DNA from: an uncultured delta proteobacterium
GTDB taxonomy: Bacteria > Desulfobacterota > WTBG01 > CAIYCZ01 > CAIRTM01
Direction: 5' to 3'
NCBI GenBank assembly: GCA_963804955.1
Contig: CAWDSQ010000020.1
Coordinates: 1-64,000, forward strand
DNA length: 64,000 bases
Below the pieces are notes generated by a model, which had not been told where the DNA came from, made no database searches, and saw only the letters and a list, made by a program, of their open reading frames with translations. The position numbers and the translations under genes are program-made. Of the stretch, positions 1 through 8,971 are shown in pieces. Numbering within the stretch: the first letter of the stretch is position 1; the number at the start of each line of letters is the position of its first letter.

Positions 1-2
1 CC

Positions 3-356
3 TCAAGGCCGGTCGATCTTATTGTAACCGATATCAGCGGCTGCGATCAGAAAGCAGACGCAGCAGAAAAAAGTCTTATTCATGGAGTGAATGTTCCTGT
101 CATAATTAACACCGGCTATCACGTGCGCATGATTCGTGGGCATTTATCAACCCGCATTGCCCATGTTTTGAAATCGTCAAATCTGGCAGTGCTTAAACAA
201 AAAATAAAAATCCTGCTGGCAGGGAGAGCGCATACCGAGGCTCACAAAACAGGCCCGCTTGCACCGATGAAAGACGGCCGTCAGAGACTGCTTGCGAAAG
301 GCAACAACATCTTTCTGGCTGGTAAAACCAGCAGGCTTGAGTGTTGCAATGGCTAA
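3..356 (+). CDS. Response-regulator receiver-like protein (5'-truncated by window edge)
   Basis: The frame is open from base 3 and reads SRPVDLIVTDISG...VPVIINTGY...HVLKSSNLAVLKQKIKILL, a receiver-type beta3/beta4/beta5 pattern resembling the regulator at 43029. Confidence 0.55.
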   Translation, partial: SRPVDLIVTDISGCDQKADAAEKSLIHGVNVPVIINTGYHVRMIRGHLSTRIAHVLKSSNLAVLKQKIKILLAGRAHTEAHKTGPLAPMKDGRQRLLAKGNNIFLAGKTSRLECCNG

Positions 357-480
357 GCGGCACACTGATGAAGGCGGCTCGATGCATGCCAAAAAAAATT
401 ACGGACTGAGCGGCATTCCTCTTCCTGCGGTTCGTGACACAACACGCAGTGTTTGAATTGTTTTCAAGAAAGGAAACAGC

Positions 481-669
481 CTGAATGTACGCATTGACAA
501 AGACAGCTGTGTCGGCTGCGGCAATTGTGTTGAAATATGCCCGGAAATATTTGAGATGGATGGAGATCTGGCATTAGCAAAAATACATTCCGTTCCGGAG
601 AATTTGCAGGATGCCTGCAGAGATGCGACAGAATCCTGCCCCGTGGAGGCAGTCATCATTGAAGACTGA
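481..669 (+). CDS. Single-cluster [4Fe-4S] ferredoxin, 62 aa (CTG start; absent from ORF track)
   Basis: Manual translation gives (M)NVRIDKDSCVGCGNCVEICPEIFEMDGDLA...CRDATESCPVEAVIIED*, with CxxCxxCxxxCP plus a distal CP. AAGGA lies just upstream and there is an in-frame TGA at 454. Confidence 0.9.
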   Translation: MNVRIDKDSCVGCGNCVEICPEIFEMDGDLALAKIHSVPENLQDACRDATESCPVEAVIIED

Positions 670-782
670 GTTGCTGAGTCAGACTTACTGCTTTATGCCC
701 CGCACGCAGGGATGAAAAAATGGCGGAGCGTCCAGAAGGCGATACGTGCACTATCTCGACAATAACCGGTGGAGGATTAATC

Positions 783-1073
783 ATGGGATCAAATTTTAAG
801 CTGCTTACCTATAACAACAGTGAAAATCTGCACATAAAACTCACGGGAGATTTTGACGAGGAGGCAGCCGAAATCCTGATGAAATCGCTTCACAAGCACC
901 ATAAGAAGTTTAGAAAAATTTTTATTTACACGAGTTGTTTAAACAGTATTGAATTTGCCGGCACGGAGGCCTTTCAGAACCGCTATGAGCTGCTGGCCGA
1001 TGATTTAAACGATATTCTATTTACGGGTGAACATGCAGAACATATTGCCCCGTATGCATGGCAGGTTTTATGA
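783..1073 (+). CDS. Small STAS-like (anti-anti-sigma-like) hypothetical protein
   Basis: GGAGGA RBS before ATG 783. The sequence NLHIKLTGDFDEEAA...KIFIYTSCLNSIEFAG resembles STAS-fold proteins. Confidence 0.5.
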   Translation: MGSNFKLLTYNNSENLHIKLTGDFDEEAAEILMKSLHKHHKKFRKIFIYTSCLNSIEFAGTEAFQNRYELLADDLNDILFTGEHAEHIAPYAWQVL

Positions 1074-1225
1074 ATGCCAGCTGCAGGAGGGCATCAACAT
1101 GATGAAGCAGGCAATGCTCTATGTCGAAAGCCCCGGCGACTTGTTTGCGGAGCGAGAAAACCCGGCCTGGATGGACAATAGCATGAACACCGATTGAAAT
1201 CATTATGGACAAAGGGCCTACGTTT

Positions 1226-1434
1226 ATGACGGTTTTTAAAAGCAGATATTGTCGTTTTAAAAAGTCAGTGACCACCATCTCGCTGTCGATAGCGGCCCTG
1301 CTTTTTTTATGCCACACTATGCCACAGCCAAGGCGCTGCCCGGCGGGACATTGGATCCGACGTCGATAACCAAATATGTCACACCGCTGGTCATACCACC
1401 GATGATGGACACACCAGGCGTAAACTTTTTATGA
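1226..1434 (+). pseudogene. Truncated N-terminus of a secreted CotA-like multicopper oxidase
   Basis: A signal-peptide-like stretch is followed, after a poly-T indel near 1305, by ALPGGTLDPTSITKYVTPLVIPPMM, a typical multicopper-oxidase N-terminal motif. A stop follows at 1432 and no copper-binding motifs follow. Confidence 0.55.
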
Positions 1435-1496
1435 TGCAATTTTTGGAATAGTTTACTGCATCATCCTAACATTGTGGGGAAAGAAGGGAGATTGTT

Positions 1497-2904
1497 ATGC
1501 GCTTCATACAATATGGCAATATAATAATTTATTTGGCTTTTATCTGTATAGCTGCATCGGGTTGCAAGCCCAATGGATTGACCGTGGTGATTTCTCCCAT
1601 GGCAGTTCGCCTTAATGGGGCGCAATGGCGTGTGGATAACGGAACCTACCATAACAGCGGTGAAACCGTTGCTGATCTTGCCGCAGGTAAACATGTTATT
1701 TCTTTCAACGCTGTTCACGACTGGGTGAAGGCAGACGATCAGCTCATCACCGTAGCTGCAAATGCTCATGAAACCGTTAAGGCAACCTACACAGCCCTGA
1801 GCTCCTCCTACGCTGTACTGGCCTACAATGATCTTGGCATGCACTGCCTGGACCAGGATTTTTCAGATTTCATGGTGCTGCCGCCCTATAATAATCTTTA
1901 TGTGCAGGTAATCCGCCGCAGCGGGGAAGACCCCGAGATAGTGTCAAGCGGCCTGAACGTAAGCTATTATATCCCAGCAAATACGACATCTGCTGATAAG
2001 ACCAATTTTTGGGACTATGCAGGGAGTTTTTTCAGTCCCGCTCCCGCGCCTAATGTGGGGCTCACCGGCAACGGTCTTTCAGGAGAAATGGTGGCAAGCG
2101 GAAGAAATGACTGGGTTGCAACCGGCATACCGATAACCCCCATAAACGATGCCGGACAGCTTGACCCCTATCCGATGGCCACGGTTATCGTCAAACAGAA
2201 CGGGGTCGAAGTCGGCCGGACGCATACCGTTGTGCCGGTCTCCTGGGAAATGAGATGCGACCTTTGCCACACGGGAAACACTACACAGGCCGTTGCAGCC
2301 AACATCCTCGCAGCGCATGATGCCCTGCACGGCACAGCACTTCAGCAGCAAACGCCGCTTGCCTGCGGAAGCTGCCATGCTCAGCCGGAATTGGGGTTCC
2401 TAGGCAACCCCGCCTTGCCGACCCTGTCAAGCGCCATGCACACGGCGCATGCCCCACCGGATGGAGCAGGCAAATCTAGCCGTTCCCTGCTATGCCTGTC
2501 ATCCCGGCATTGCGACGCAGTGTCAGCGCGACATACATTTCAGCAAGGGCATTACCTGCACTACCTGCCATGGTGACATGATGAGCGTGGGTGACCCGAG
2601 CCGAACCCCCTGGGCCGACGAGCCCCGATGCGGAACATGCCATGCCAGGGCCGGCTTTGAATTTGAGCAGGCAAACACCCTGTACCGCGATTCAAAGGGG
2701 CATATGGGCGTGCATTGCGAGGCCTGTCACGGCACCCCGCATGCCATAACCCCCACGGCGACCGACCGGGACAATGAGCAGGCAATAACCGTCCAGGGCG
2801 CGGCCGGAACTATCAATACCTGTACCGTATGTCATACGTCGATGCCGGATGACAGCTTTCCGCACAGGCTTTCCGACGATGAGGGCAACGGTGGCGGAGA
2901 TTAA
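1497..2904 (+). CDS. Multiheme c-type cytochrome lipoprotein (7 CxxCH), frameshift near 2457
   Basis: Lipobox-like AASGC, a PEGA/Ig-like domain and a YNDLGMHC motif. Heme motifs CDLCH and CGSCH are in ORF 1497; CYACH, CTTCH, CGTCH, CEACH and CTVCH are in ORF 2449. Confidence 0.85.
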
Positions 2905-3055
2905 CCTTGAACAGCAGCATGAAGCCACAGGCATATGGCGGGTGTTTTTGTGATGCCTGCGGCAGGGTGGCGGCAAATAAAAATCTGCTCTGTATGCCAA
3001 AGTCCATAAAATAGTCTGTTGGAAACTTGTGAATTCCTGCGAACGCGGGTAATGT

Positions 3056-3652
3056 GTGCAGGCTGGAGAGGGTTCAAGGGGATCGGCAGCGCTCTACCCA
3101 GGACATATGCGCGATTCCCTGACCGTTACTCCGTGCATAAAAGTACAGTGCAGGCAAACGGTGCGGACAGCGAAGAGCACACAAGCTGAGAAATCATGTC
3201 GGCGCAGCACGACGCGCATCCTCCTGGATCATATCGTGCTGAATGTCGACAATATGTCAGCTGTGATCAATTTTTATACTACGGTACTGGCTTTGCCGCC
3301 AGAACGCCTTGATGAATTTCATGCGGGCGCAGTACCGTTTCCATCGGTCCGAATAAACGAAGAGACTATTATCGATTTTTTTTCCAAACAGCTTTGGATG
3401 AAACCGGGCGGACAGCAGAAAGGTTCACCGAACCTGAACCATTTCTGCCTTGCCATGAGTTTGAAAGACTGGAAAGCTCTGCGCAAGCGTCTTGATGCGG
3501 GGGCCATACCGCTCGTGGAAGGCCCGGTTGAACGGTGGGGCGCACGCGGAACCGGTATCTCAATCTATTTCCGGGATCCTGACGGCAACCTGATCGAAGC
3601 ACGCTATTACAGCACGACCACCAAAGATAAAACATGTCAGTTGGGCTCTTGA
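3056..3652 (+). CDS. VOC/glyoxalase family protein (true start probably further downstream, by ~3210)
   Basis: LDHIVLNV...NLNHFCL...IYFRDPDGNLIE motifs. Confidence 0.85.
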   Translation: MQAGEGSRGSAALYPGHMRDSLTVTPCIKVQCRQTVRTAKSTQAEKSCRRSTTRILLDHIVLNVDNMSAVINFYTTVLALPPERLDEFHAGAVPFPSVRINEETIIDFFSKQLWMKPGGQQKGSPNLNHFCLAMSLKDWKALRKRLDAGAIPLVEGPVERWGARGTGISIYFRDPDGNLIEARYYSTTTKDKTCQLGS

Positions 3653-3715
3653 AATAAGCAGAACCGGGTGATCCCGTTCCCGGGTGTGGATTATTCCGCC
3701 GGGTAGAGGTGGGGG

Positions 3716-3747
3716 ATAATCCCGGGCGGTTTAGTCCCCGGGATTAT
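3716..3747. repeat. Inverted repeat/hairpin downstream of the VOC gene
   Basis: ATAATCCCGGG-N10-CCCGGGATTAT. Confidence 0.5.
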
Positions 3748-3957
3748 TAATGAGTGCCTGTATCCCATAATGCTGCCCTGCCAAATTGGTGCTATTCAAA
3801 AAACTGCCTGAAAAATAACAGTATCCAGTGTTGCACACCCGTTTTGTTACAGTCTGCCCAGCGTCTCGCTATTTTATCAAAACAAACCACCACAGCACTA
3901 TGCCTGCAACAAACTGAAAAAACTTATCATTTGTAAACCGTATTGTTTCCGCAGGGC

Positions 3958-3973
3958 TGGCACAACTTCTGCA
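3958..3973 (+). promoter_or_regulatory. Putative sigma54 (-24/-12) promoter
   Basis: TGGCACAACTTCTGCA has GG and GC at consensus spacing, ~40 nt upstream of ATG 4016. Confidence 0.6.
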
Positions 3974-4015
3974 AACAGGAAAGGTATATAAAAACCACAT
4001 ATAAAGGAGGAAGGC

Positions 4016-4264
4016 ATGCTGGCACTAAAACAAAACCGTTCTACTGCATTTGCAGCACCATCGGACAACAAAACCCATACGACCCTGTATGATGTGATAG
4101 AAGCAGTTTCTGAGGTTATCGGCCCAGACGAGGAAGAACTTGTCAGCACTGTTGTCATCCAGCTTTTGAAAGATTATCGTGCCAGGCTTGAAGGTGATTC
4201 ATGGAATAGCCTTGTACAAACAAAAGGCGGCCATCTCTATCTTTACAGGAGGCCTGAAGCATGA
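4016..4264 (+). CDS. Small hypothetical protein, coupled to ferritin
   Basis: Strong RBS AAGGAGG; the stop overlaps the ferritin start (ATGA). Confidence 0.65.
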   Translation: MLALKQNRSTAFAAPSDNKTHTTLYDVIEAVSEVIGPDEEELVSTVVIQLLKDYRARLEGDSWNSLVQTKGGHLYLYRRPEA

Positions 4265-4797
4265 TTAATCAGAAAATATGCGCGGCAATGAATGAGCAGA
4301 TTAAGTATGAGCTTGAATCATATTATATCTATTTGTCCATGGTTGCCTATTTCCATTTTCTGAGCCTTGACGGCATGGCACACTGGCTCCGCTGTCAGGC
4401 GCATGAGGAAATGATCCATGCAATGAAATTTTTTGACCATATTCTGGACCGTGGCGGCACGGTAACGCTTCTTGATGTCCAGCAGCTTAAGACGACCTGG
4501 TCGTCTCCCCGCTCGGCATGGGAAGATGCCTATGCCCATGAAAAGTTCATAACCGGCAAGATAAATGATCTTATGAAATCGGCTCGTGAAGAAAACGAAT
4601 ATCTCGCAGAACCTCTGTTGGTCTGGTTTGCCAATGAACAAATCGAAGAGGAAAACAACACCGACAAGATAGCGCGCCAGATTGCGATGATTGAAAATGA
4701 CCAGGCTGGCATTCTCATGCTGGATCGTGAGCTGGGCACACGGGTATTCTCTCCGGGGTCGCCGCTTGACCGCACCGCATACCAGGCAGCGCAGTAA
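4261..4797 (+). CDS. ftnA: Non-heme ferritin
   Basis: NEQIKYELESYYIYLSM, QAHEEMIHAMKF, HEKFITGKI and WFANEQIEEE ferroxidase-centre motifs. Confidence 0.93.
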   Translation: MINQKICAAMNEQIKYELESYYIYLSMVAYFHFLSLDGMAHWLRCQAHEEMIHAMKFFDHILDRGGTVTLLDVQQLKTTWSSPRSAWEDAYAHEKFITGKINDLMKSAREENEYLAEPLLVWFANEQIEEENNTDKIARQIAMIENDQAGILMLDRELGTRVFSPGSPLDRTAYQAAQ

Positions 4798-4854
4798 TGT
4801 CCGCCATGCTTATTGGCAACTTTGTACGGCAGGTGCTGCGGGAAGCACTGTGCT

Positions 4855-5023
4855 AGTCCGTAGGTCGGGTGTCAACCCGACGGTATCATGAGTATTTCAA
4901 AAATTGTCGGGTTAGCACCCGACCATAAATAGAGAGAAATAAAAAAACCACCTGTTTTTTCAGGTGGTTTTTGGTGTTGGTGCATCTGGGTGAATGCTGA
5001 ATTGGTGGAGCGCCGGGAGTCGA
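4855..5023. repeat. Direct repeat copy 1 (REP pair + terminator + tmRNA 3' end; att-like)
   Basis: Near-identical to 5951-6122; ends in TGGTGGAG-CGCCGGGAGTCGA, the reverse complement of the tmRNA 3' end. Confidence 0.9.
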
Positions 5024-5202
5024 GTAATTAAATTTATAGCTGTAAATATTGGTTGTTCTCAAAATTTTACATGAAAAAATACCGACAGTGTTACCGTTAA
5101 CAGCTTGAGCACTCGCGGGAATCGAACCCACATCCGTTGAGTGTTTTTTTTAAAAAATCATTAATAACTTGTATGGCTATTGGCCGAGACAACTTTAAAA
5201 TT

Positions 5203-5508
5203 TCAGGCCACCATGCGTGCATGTATGTTGCGCTCGATAGCGGGGCCTGAGGTACGCTGGGTTATTTTAAGATCGTAGCTCGTCTGCAGGTTCATCCAGA
5301 ATTGGGCTGTTGTGCCGAAATAGCGGGCCAGCCTGAGCGCCGTGTCAGGGGTAATGGCGCGGCGCTCGCGCACGATATCATTGATTCTGGGGGCGGGCAC
5401 CTTAAGCTCAAGCGCCAAAGCATGTGCCGTCATGCCGAGCGGCGCGAGGAACTCCTCACGAAGAATTTCCCCCGGATGAATAGGGCGCATTTTATTTTCG
5501 AGCTTCAT
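5203..5508 (-). CDS. higA: HigA family antitoxin (Xre HTH)
   Basis: PIHPGEILREEFL...RINDIVRERRAITPDTALRLARYFGTTAQFWMNLQ. Confidence 0.95.
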   Translation of the reverse strand: MKLENKMRPIHPGEILREEFLAPLGMTAHALALELKVPAPRINDIVRERRAITPDTALRLARYFGTTAQFWMNLQTSYDLKITQRTSGPAIERNIHARMVA

Positions 5509-5520
5509 GATGTTTCTCCT

Positions 5521-5799
5521 TTAATGATAATCCACAATTTCGACATCGAAGGCATTGCCGTCTTTGAAACGGAAGCATACACGCCATTGATCGTTAATGC
5601 GAATGCTCCATTGCCCTTTGCGATCCCCATGCAGTGATTCAAGCCTGTTGCCGGGCGGTACCCGGAGATCCTCAAGAGCCGATGCGCTGTCCAGCATCTG
5701 CAGCTTGCGTTCTGCAGCCGCTTTGAATGCCTGAAACCGGCGCGGGCTTCCGCCCTCGAAAAGAGCCAGTGTATCCTTGCATTGGAAAGCTTTGATCAT
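5521..5799 (-). CDS. higB: HigB (RelE/ParE superfamily) toxin
   Basis: MIKAF...DLRVPPGNRLESLHGDRKGQWSIRINDQWRVCF...VEIVDYH; toxin gene lies upstream of the antitoxin. Confidence 0.95.
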   Translation of the reverse strand: MIKAFQCKDTLALFEGGSPRRFQAFKAAAERKLQMLDSASALEDLRVPPGNRLESLHGDRKGQWSIRINDQWRVCFRFKDGNAFDVEIVDYH

Positions 5800-5806
5800 A
5801 TCTTAT

Positions 5807-5835
5807 AATGTATAACGCTTAGCGTTAAACGTCAA
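5807..5835 (-). promoter_or_regulatory. sigma70 promoter of higBA with a palindromic operator in the spacer
   Basis: -35 TTGACG, 17-bp spacer, -10 TACATT; the spacer contains TAACGCT-N-AGCGTTA (5813-5827). Confidence 0.75.
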
Positions 5836-5950
5836 GCGAAAAAATTTTGTTGTGTATATCGGATTGGTTAACCCTTAATTGCACCCAGGCATGCAGCCGG
5901 CACCCTGCTTTGCCCTTCGGGTTGGCGACAGGGGCCGCATGCGCTTTTTC

Positions 5951-6122
5951 AGTCCGTAGGTCGGGTGTCAACCCGACGGTATCATGAGTATTTCAAAAAT
6001 TGTCGGGTTAGCACCCGACCTACATAATAGAAAGAAATAAAAAAACCACCTGTTTTTTCAGGTGGTTTTGGGTGTTGGTGCATCTGGGTGGATGCTGAAT
6101 TGGTGGAGGCGCCGGGAGTCGA
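5951..6122. repeat. Direct repeat copy 2, with a GTAG-type REP pair (5956-5977 / 6002-6023) and the tmRNA terminator
   Basis: GTAGGTCGGGTGTCAACCCGAC ... GTCGGGTTAGCACCCGACCTAC; hairpin AAAACCACCTG-TTTTTT-CAGGTGGTTTT. Confidence 0.9.
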
Positions 6123-6460
6123 ACCCGGGTCCGGAAATCTTCCACGAGGACCTCTACATACATATCTCCTGATTTGAATTTCATCTTTCAAGTCTCCCAG
6201 GAGCAGGATACTTCGAAAGACTATCTCAAGAGTTATTTCGCCGCTTGTCCCTTGAGCACAAACAAGCAGCTATCCCGCTGAAGTCGACGCCTCATAAAGC
6301 TCCGCAGGAGAGGGCCGTATGAGCCGCTGGCTATTTACGCAGCCAGAGCGTAGTTATAATCGTCTGCGATTATATATTGCCCTACCTTTTTAACGAGCCG
6401 ATAGGAACCTCGGTATGCAGCCCGCGCTTCAACCACCCCCGTCGAAACCGTTTCGCCCCC
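6101..6460 (-). ncRNA. ssrA: tmRNA; tag peptide (A)ADDYNYALAA* coded at 6367-6335
   Basis: 5' end GGGGGCGAAACGGTTTCGACGGGG, 3' end GGTTCGACTCCCGGCGCCTCCACCA; tag ORF ends in ALAA-stop. Confidence 0.97.
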
Positions 6461-6568
6461 GTTCTTTTTATTGCAAAGAACTTTTAAAACAGTATACAAT
6501 ATAGCATTACCTCAGGAGAAAAGCAACCACGGTGAACCTGAGATCGTTTTTATCATAAGGAGAGCGGA

Positions 6569-7531
6569 ATGGCAAAGAAAGCAGGCTGGGCATTTTTTAT
6601 CATCATACTTATCGCGCTTGCTGTGGCTGGCTTTGTGTATTTTAAGGACAAGGCTGCCAAGAACGCAGCAGAAGAAGCTGCCTTCAGGGAGCGTGAAGCC
6701 TGGAAGCATCAAAATCAGCTGCTTGAAAAGAAGATCGGCGGGCTGGAGAAAGATATCGACCAACTGGGCAAGGATCTGCTGCTTGCCGACCAGGCTCCGC
6801 CCATTGCGCTTGAAAGGCGGCAGCAGGTGTTTGGGGACAATGGCACCGGCCAGGAGTCTTCGTTGAACAGCGTGCACAGCCGGGTTATGAATTTTTTCAA
6901 ATACATTGACCAGAAAGGCTATCTTGCCGCGCGCGGCATACCCGGAACCTCCTATGAGAAATTCAAGAGCATCATGGACAGGCTGATGCAGGCATCCCCC
7001 GTTATTTCCGGCGAGTCCCAGGACATGCTGACGCTTCTCAAAAACATCACCTATCTGTTCGGGTTGCTCGGCAAGACCGATACGCTGCTGGTGCGTGACA
7101 TTATCAACGGTGAATCGGAAATCATGGAGCCGACCATGAAGCTTTTTTATCAGTGGCTGAATCCGGACATTGCCATACAGGGTGCGGAGCGCATTACCCT
7201 GCCGTTTGCAAAGCAGTATGAGTATGCAGCCTATCTTATGCAGACCATCGGCGGCAAGGCATATCTGTTCCGGCGCGACTCGAAAACGCGGCTGCTGACC
7301 AGCTTTTACTGCATTCTTATCATTGACCGCGCCAATCAGGAAACCCTTAATTCCTATGGTCTGGATATACGGCCTCTGGTAAGCAGCCTTATGACCGAGA
7401 TACAAAACTCCAAGGTTCTGATCGACAAGCAGGAATATATCGCGGCGCTGAATATCATCCGTAAGAAATCCGAAGGCATTAAAATAGATCGTCCCGTAAT
7501 AGACGATCTGCAACCTCCTGCACAGCCATAG
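6569..7531 (+). CDS. Membrane-anchored hypothetical protein (N-terminal TM + coiled coil)
   Basis: 320-aa ORF with an AAGGAG RBS, a hydrophobic N-terminus and a downstream terminator. Confidence 0.75.
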   Translation: MAKKAGWAFFIIILIALAVAGFVYFKDKAAKNAAEEAAFREREAWKHQNQLLEKKIGGLEKDIDQLGKDLLLADQAPPIALERRQQVFGDNGTGQESSLNSVHSRVMNFFKYIDQKGYLAARGIPGTSYEKFKSIMDRLMQASPVISGESQDMLTLLKNITYLFGLLGKTDTLLVRDIINGESEIMEPTMKLFYQWLNPDIAIQGAERITLPFAKQYEYAAYLMQTIGGKAYLFRRDSKTRLLTSFYCILIIDRANQETLNSYGLDIRPLVSSLMTEIQNSKVLIDKQEYIAALNIIRKKSEGIKIDRPVIDDLQPPAQP

Positions 7532-7542
7532 CAAGATGTAAA

Positions 7543-7590
7543 ACAACAAAAGGCCGGGACCGCTGTACAGCAGCCCCGGCCTTTTGTTGT
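7543..7590. terminator. Bidirectional intrinsic terminator
   Basis: ACAACAAAAGGCCGGG...CCCGGCCTTTTGTTGT between convergent genes. Confidence 0.75.
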
Positions 7591-7607
7591 GTGACACAGC
7601 AGAAATT

Positions 7608-8105
7608 TTACAGGTTCTGCAGTGCCTCTTCGGCTATTTCGCGCAAATCATCATCGGTGGCGGTCATGATGATGATGTTAAGCTTGCTTTTAAGCCCTTC
7701 CTTCAGGTTCAGCTGGGCTTCGGGTTCCAGGGCAAGCAGTGCCGCTACCGCATCTCTTGCCACCTTGGTGTCTTCATAATCAAGCAGCAGAAACAGCGTG
7801 CTCCAGTCATCGGGCATGCCGAATTCTTTGAGGTATTTTTTTACCGCAGGCCCGAATTTTTTCGTTCCGGCCCGCTCATGGACCTCTTTGAGCGCAGCGG
7901 CATGCTCTTTTGTGGCTTTTTTCCCTTTGAAAAGGTTCTCTATCTCCTTGAGGTACATTTTCTGAGCCCACTCTTTTCGGGGGGATTTTGCGCGCTGCTC
8001 GCCAGGCTCTTTGGAAGTATGCGCACTGCCATCCCGCTGCCGGTCGATATCTCTCCAGCTGGGTTTTTCCCTGTCGTCATCATCATCGTCATGTCCGGAT
8101 GTCAT
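7608..8105 (-). CDS. Hypothetical protein (acidic N-terminus, helical C-terminus)
   Basis: Likely start MTSGHDDDDD at 8105 (AGGAG upstream); last gene of the thiolase-crotonase run. Confidence 0.65.
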   Translation of the reverse strand: MTSGHDDDDDDREKPSWRDIDRQRDGSAHTSKEPGEQRAKSPRKEWAQKMYLKEIENLFKGKKATKEHAAALKEVHERAGTKKFGPAVKKYLKEFGMPDDWSTLFLLLDYEDTKVARDAVAALLALEPEAQLNLKEGLKSKLNIIIMTATDDDLREIAEEALQNL

Positions 8106-8133
8106 GGTCTGTCTCCTGTGGTTGCTTGTTTTC

Positions 8134-8919
8134 TCATCTGCCCTTGAAATCAGGGGCTCTTTTCTGCACAAAGGCCTGCATGCCTTCCTTCTGATCTTCA
8201 GTGTTAAATAGATCAGCAAATGTATCTATTTCAAGTTTAAGGGCCTCGCGAAGGGGCATTTCATAGCCGCGGCTGATGACGCGTTTTGCCTGAATGATGG
8301 CAAGCCGGCCCTGGTGGCTGATTTTTTTGGCCATATCCATGGTTACCGTCATCAGGGTTTCATGCGGCACGACGCGGTTGACCAGGCCTATGGCCAGCGC
8401 CCGTTCGGCATTGATATGATCGCCGGTAAAAATCAGCTCTTTGGTGACGGCCGGGCCCACAAGACGCGAGGTGCGCTGGGTAGCGCCCCAGCCGGGAATA
8501 ATGCCCAGAATTGTCTCGGGCAGGCCGAAAGTCGCTTTGTCCGAAGCAATGCGGATGTCGCAGCTGAGAGCAACCTCCATGCCCCCTCCAAGGGCAAAGC
8601 CGTTGATGGCCGCAATGGAGGGTTTGTCCATATCCTGTATGGTCGTGAACAGCCCGTGCCCGAGCTCTGAGTAGATGCGAGCGGTATCCGGTGTTTTGCC
8701 GAACATTTCCTGAATATCAGCACCTGCGACAAAGGAGCGCCCTTCGCCCGTGAAGACAACCGCCCGCACGGCAGAATTGCTTTGCATATCGCGCACCGCG
8801 TCCAGGGTTTCAGCAACGGTTGTCGTATTGAGCGCATTGAGCACCTCGGGGCGGTTAAACGTGATGATGCCGATCCTGTCCTCGAGTACAGCTGTTTTAA
8901 TTGAGGTGTAGTTTTTCAT
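8134..8919 (-). CDS. crt: Enoyl-CoA hydratase (crotonase)
   Basis: FVAGADI, AAINGFALGGGMEVALSCDIR, GLPETILGIIPGWG. Confidence 0.93.
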   Translation of the reverse strand: MKNYTSIKTAVLEDRIGIITFNRPEVLNALNTTTVAETLDAVRDMQSNSAVRAVVFTGEGRSFVAGADIQEMFGKTPDTARIYSELGHGLFTTIQDMDKPSIAAINGFALGGGMEVALSCDIRIASDKATFGLPETILGIIPGWGATQRTSRLVGPAVTKELIFTGDHINAERALAIGLVNRVVPHETLMTVTMDMAKKISHQGRLAIIQAKRVISRGYEMPLREALKLEIDTFADLFNTEDQKEGMQAFVQKRAPDFKGR

Positions 8920-8971
8920 ACAGTCACCTTGTGCAGGTCATTGTCGGATCAGCAGGTGCATGGGTCGCCTG

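Larger units (their letters stand above)
4855..6122 (-). mobile_element. Integrase-less mini-island or island remnant at tmRNA, carrying higBA
   Basis: The tmRNA 3' end is duplicated on both sides of a TA module, and the repeat boundary falls in the T-loop (TCGA). Confidence 0.6.

Noticed and set aside
5982..6191. Small ORFs 5982-6191 and 4886-5131 sharing a C-terminus
   Set aside because: The shared tail comes from the DNA direct repeat, and one ORF overlaps tmRNA; these are not real paralogous proteins.
6512..7597. 361-aa antisense ORF
   Set aside because: Shadow of the + strand gene 6569-7531, which has an RBS and terminator; no recognisable motifs.
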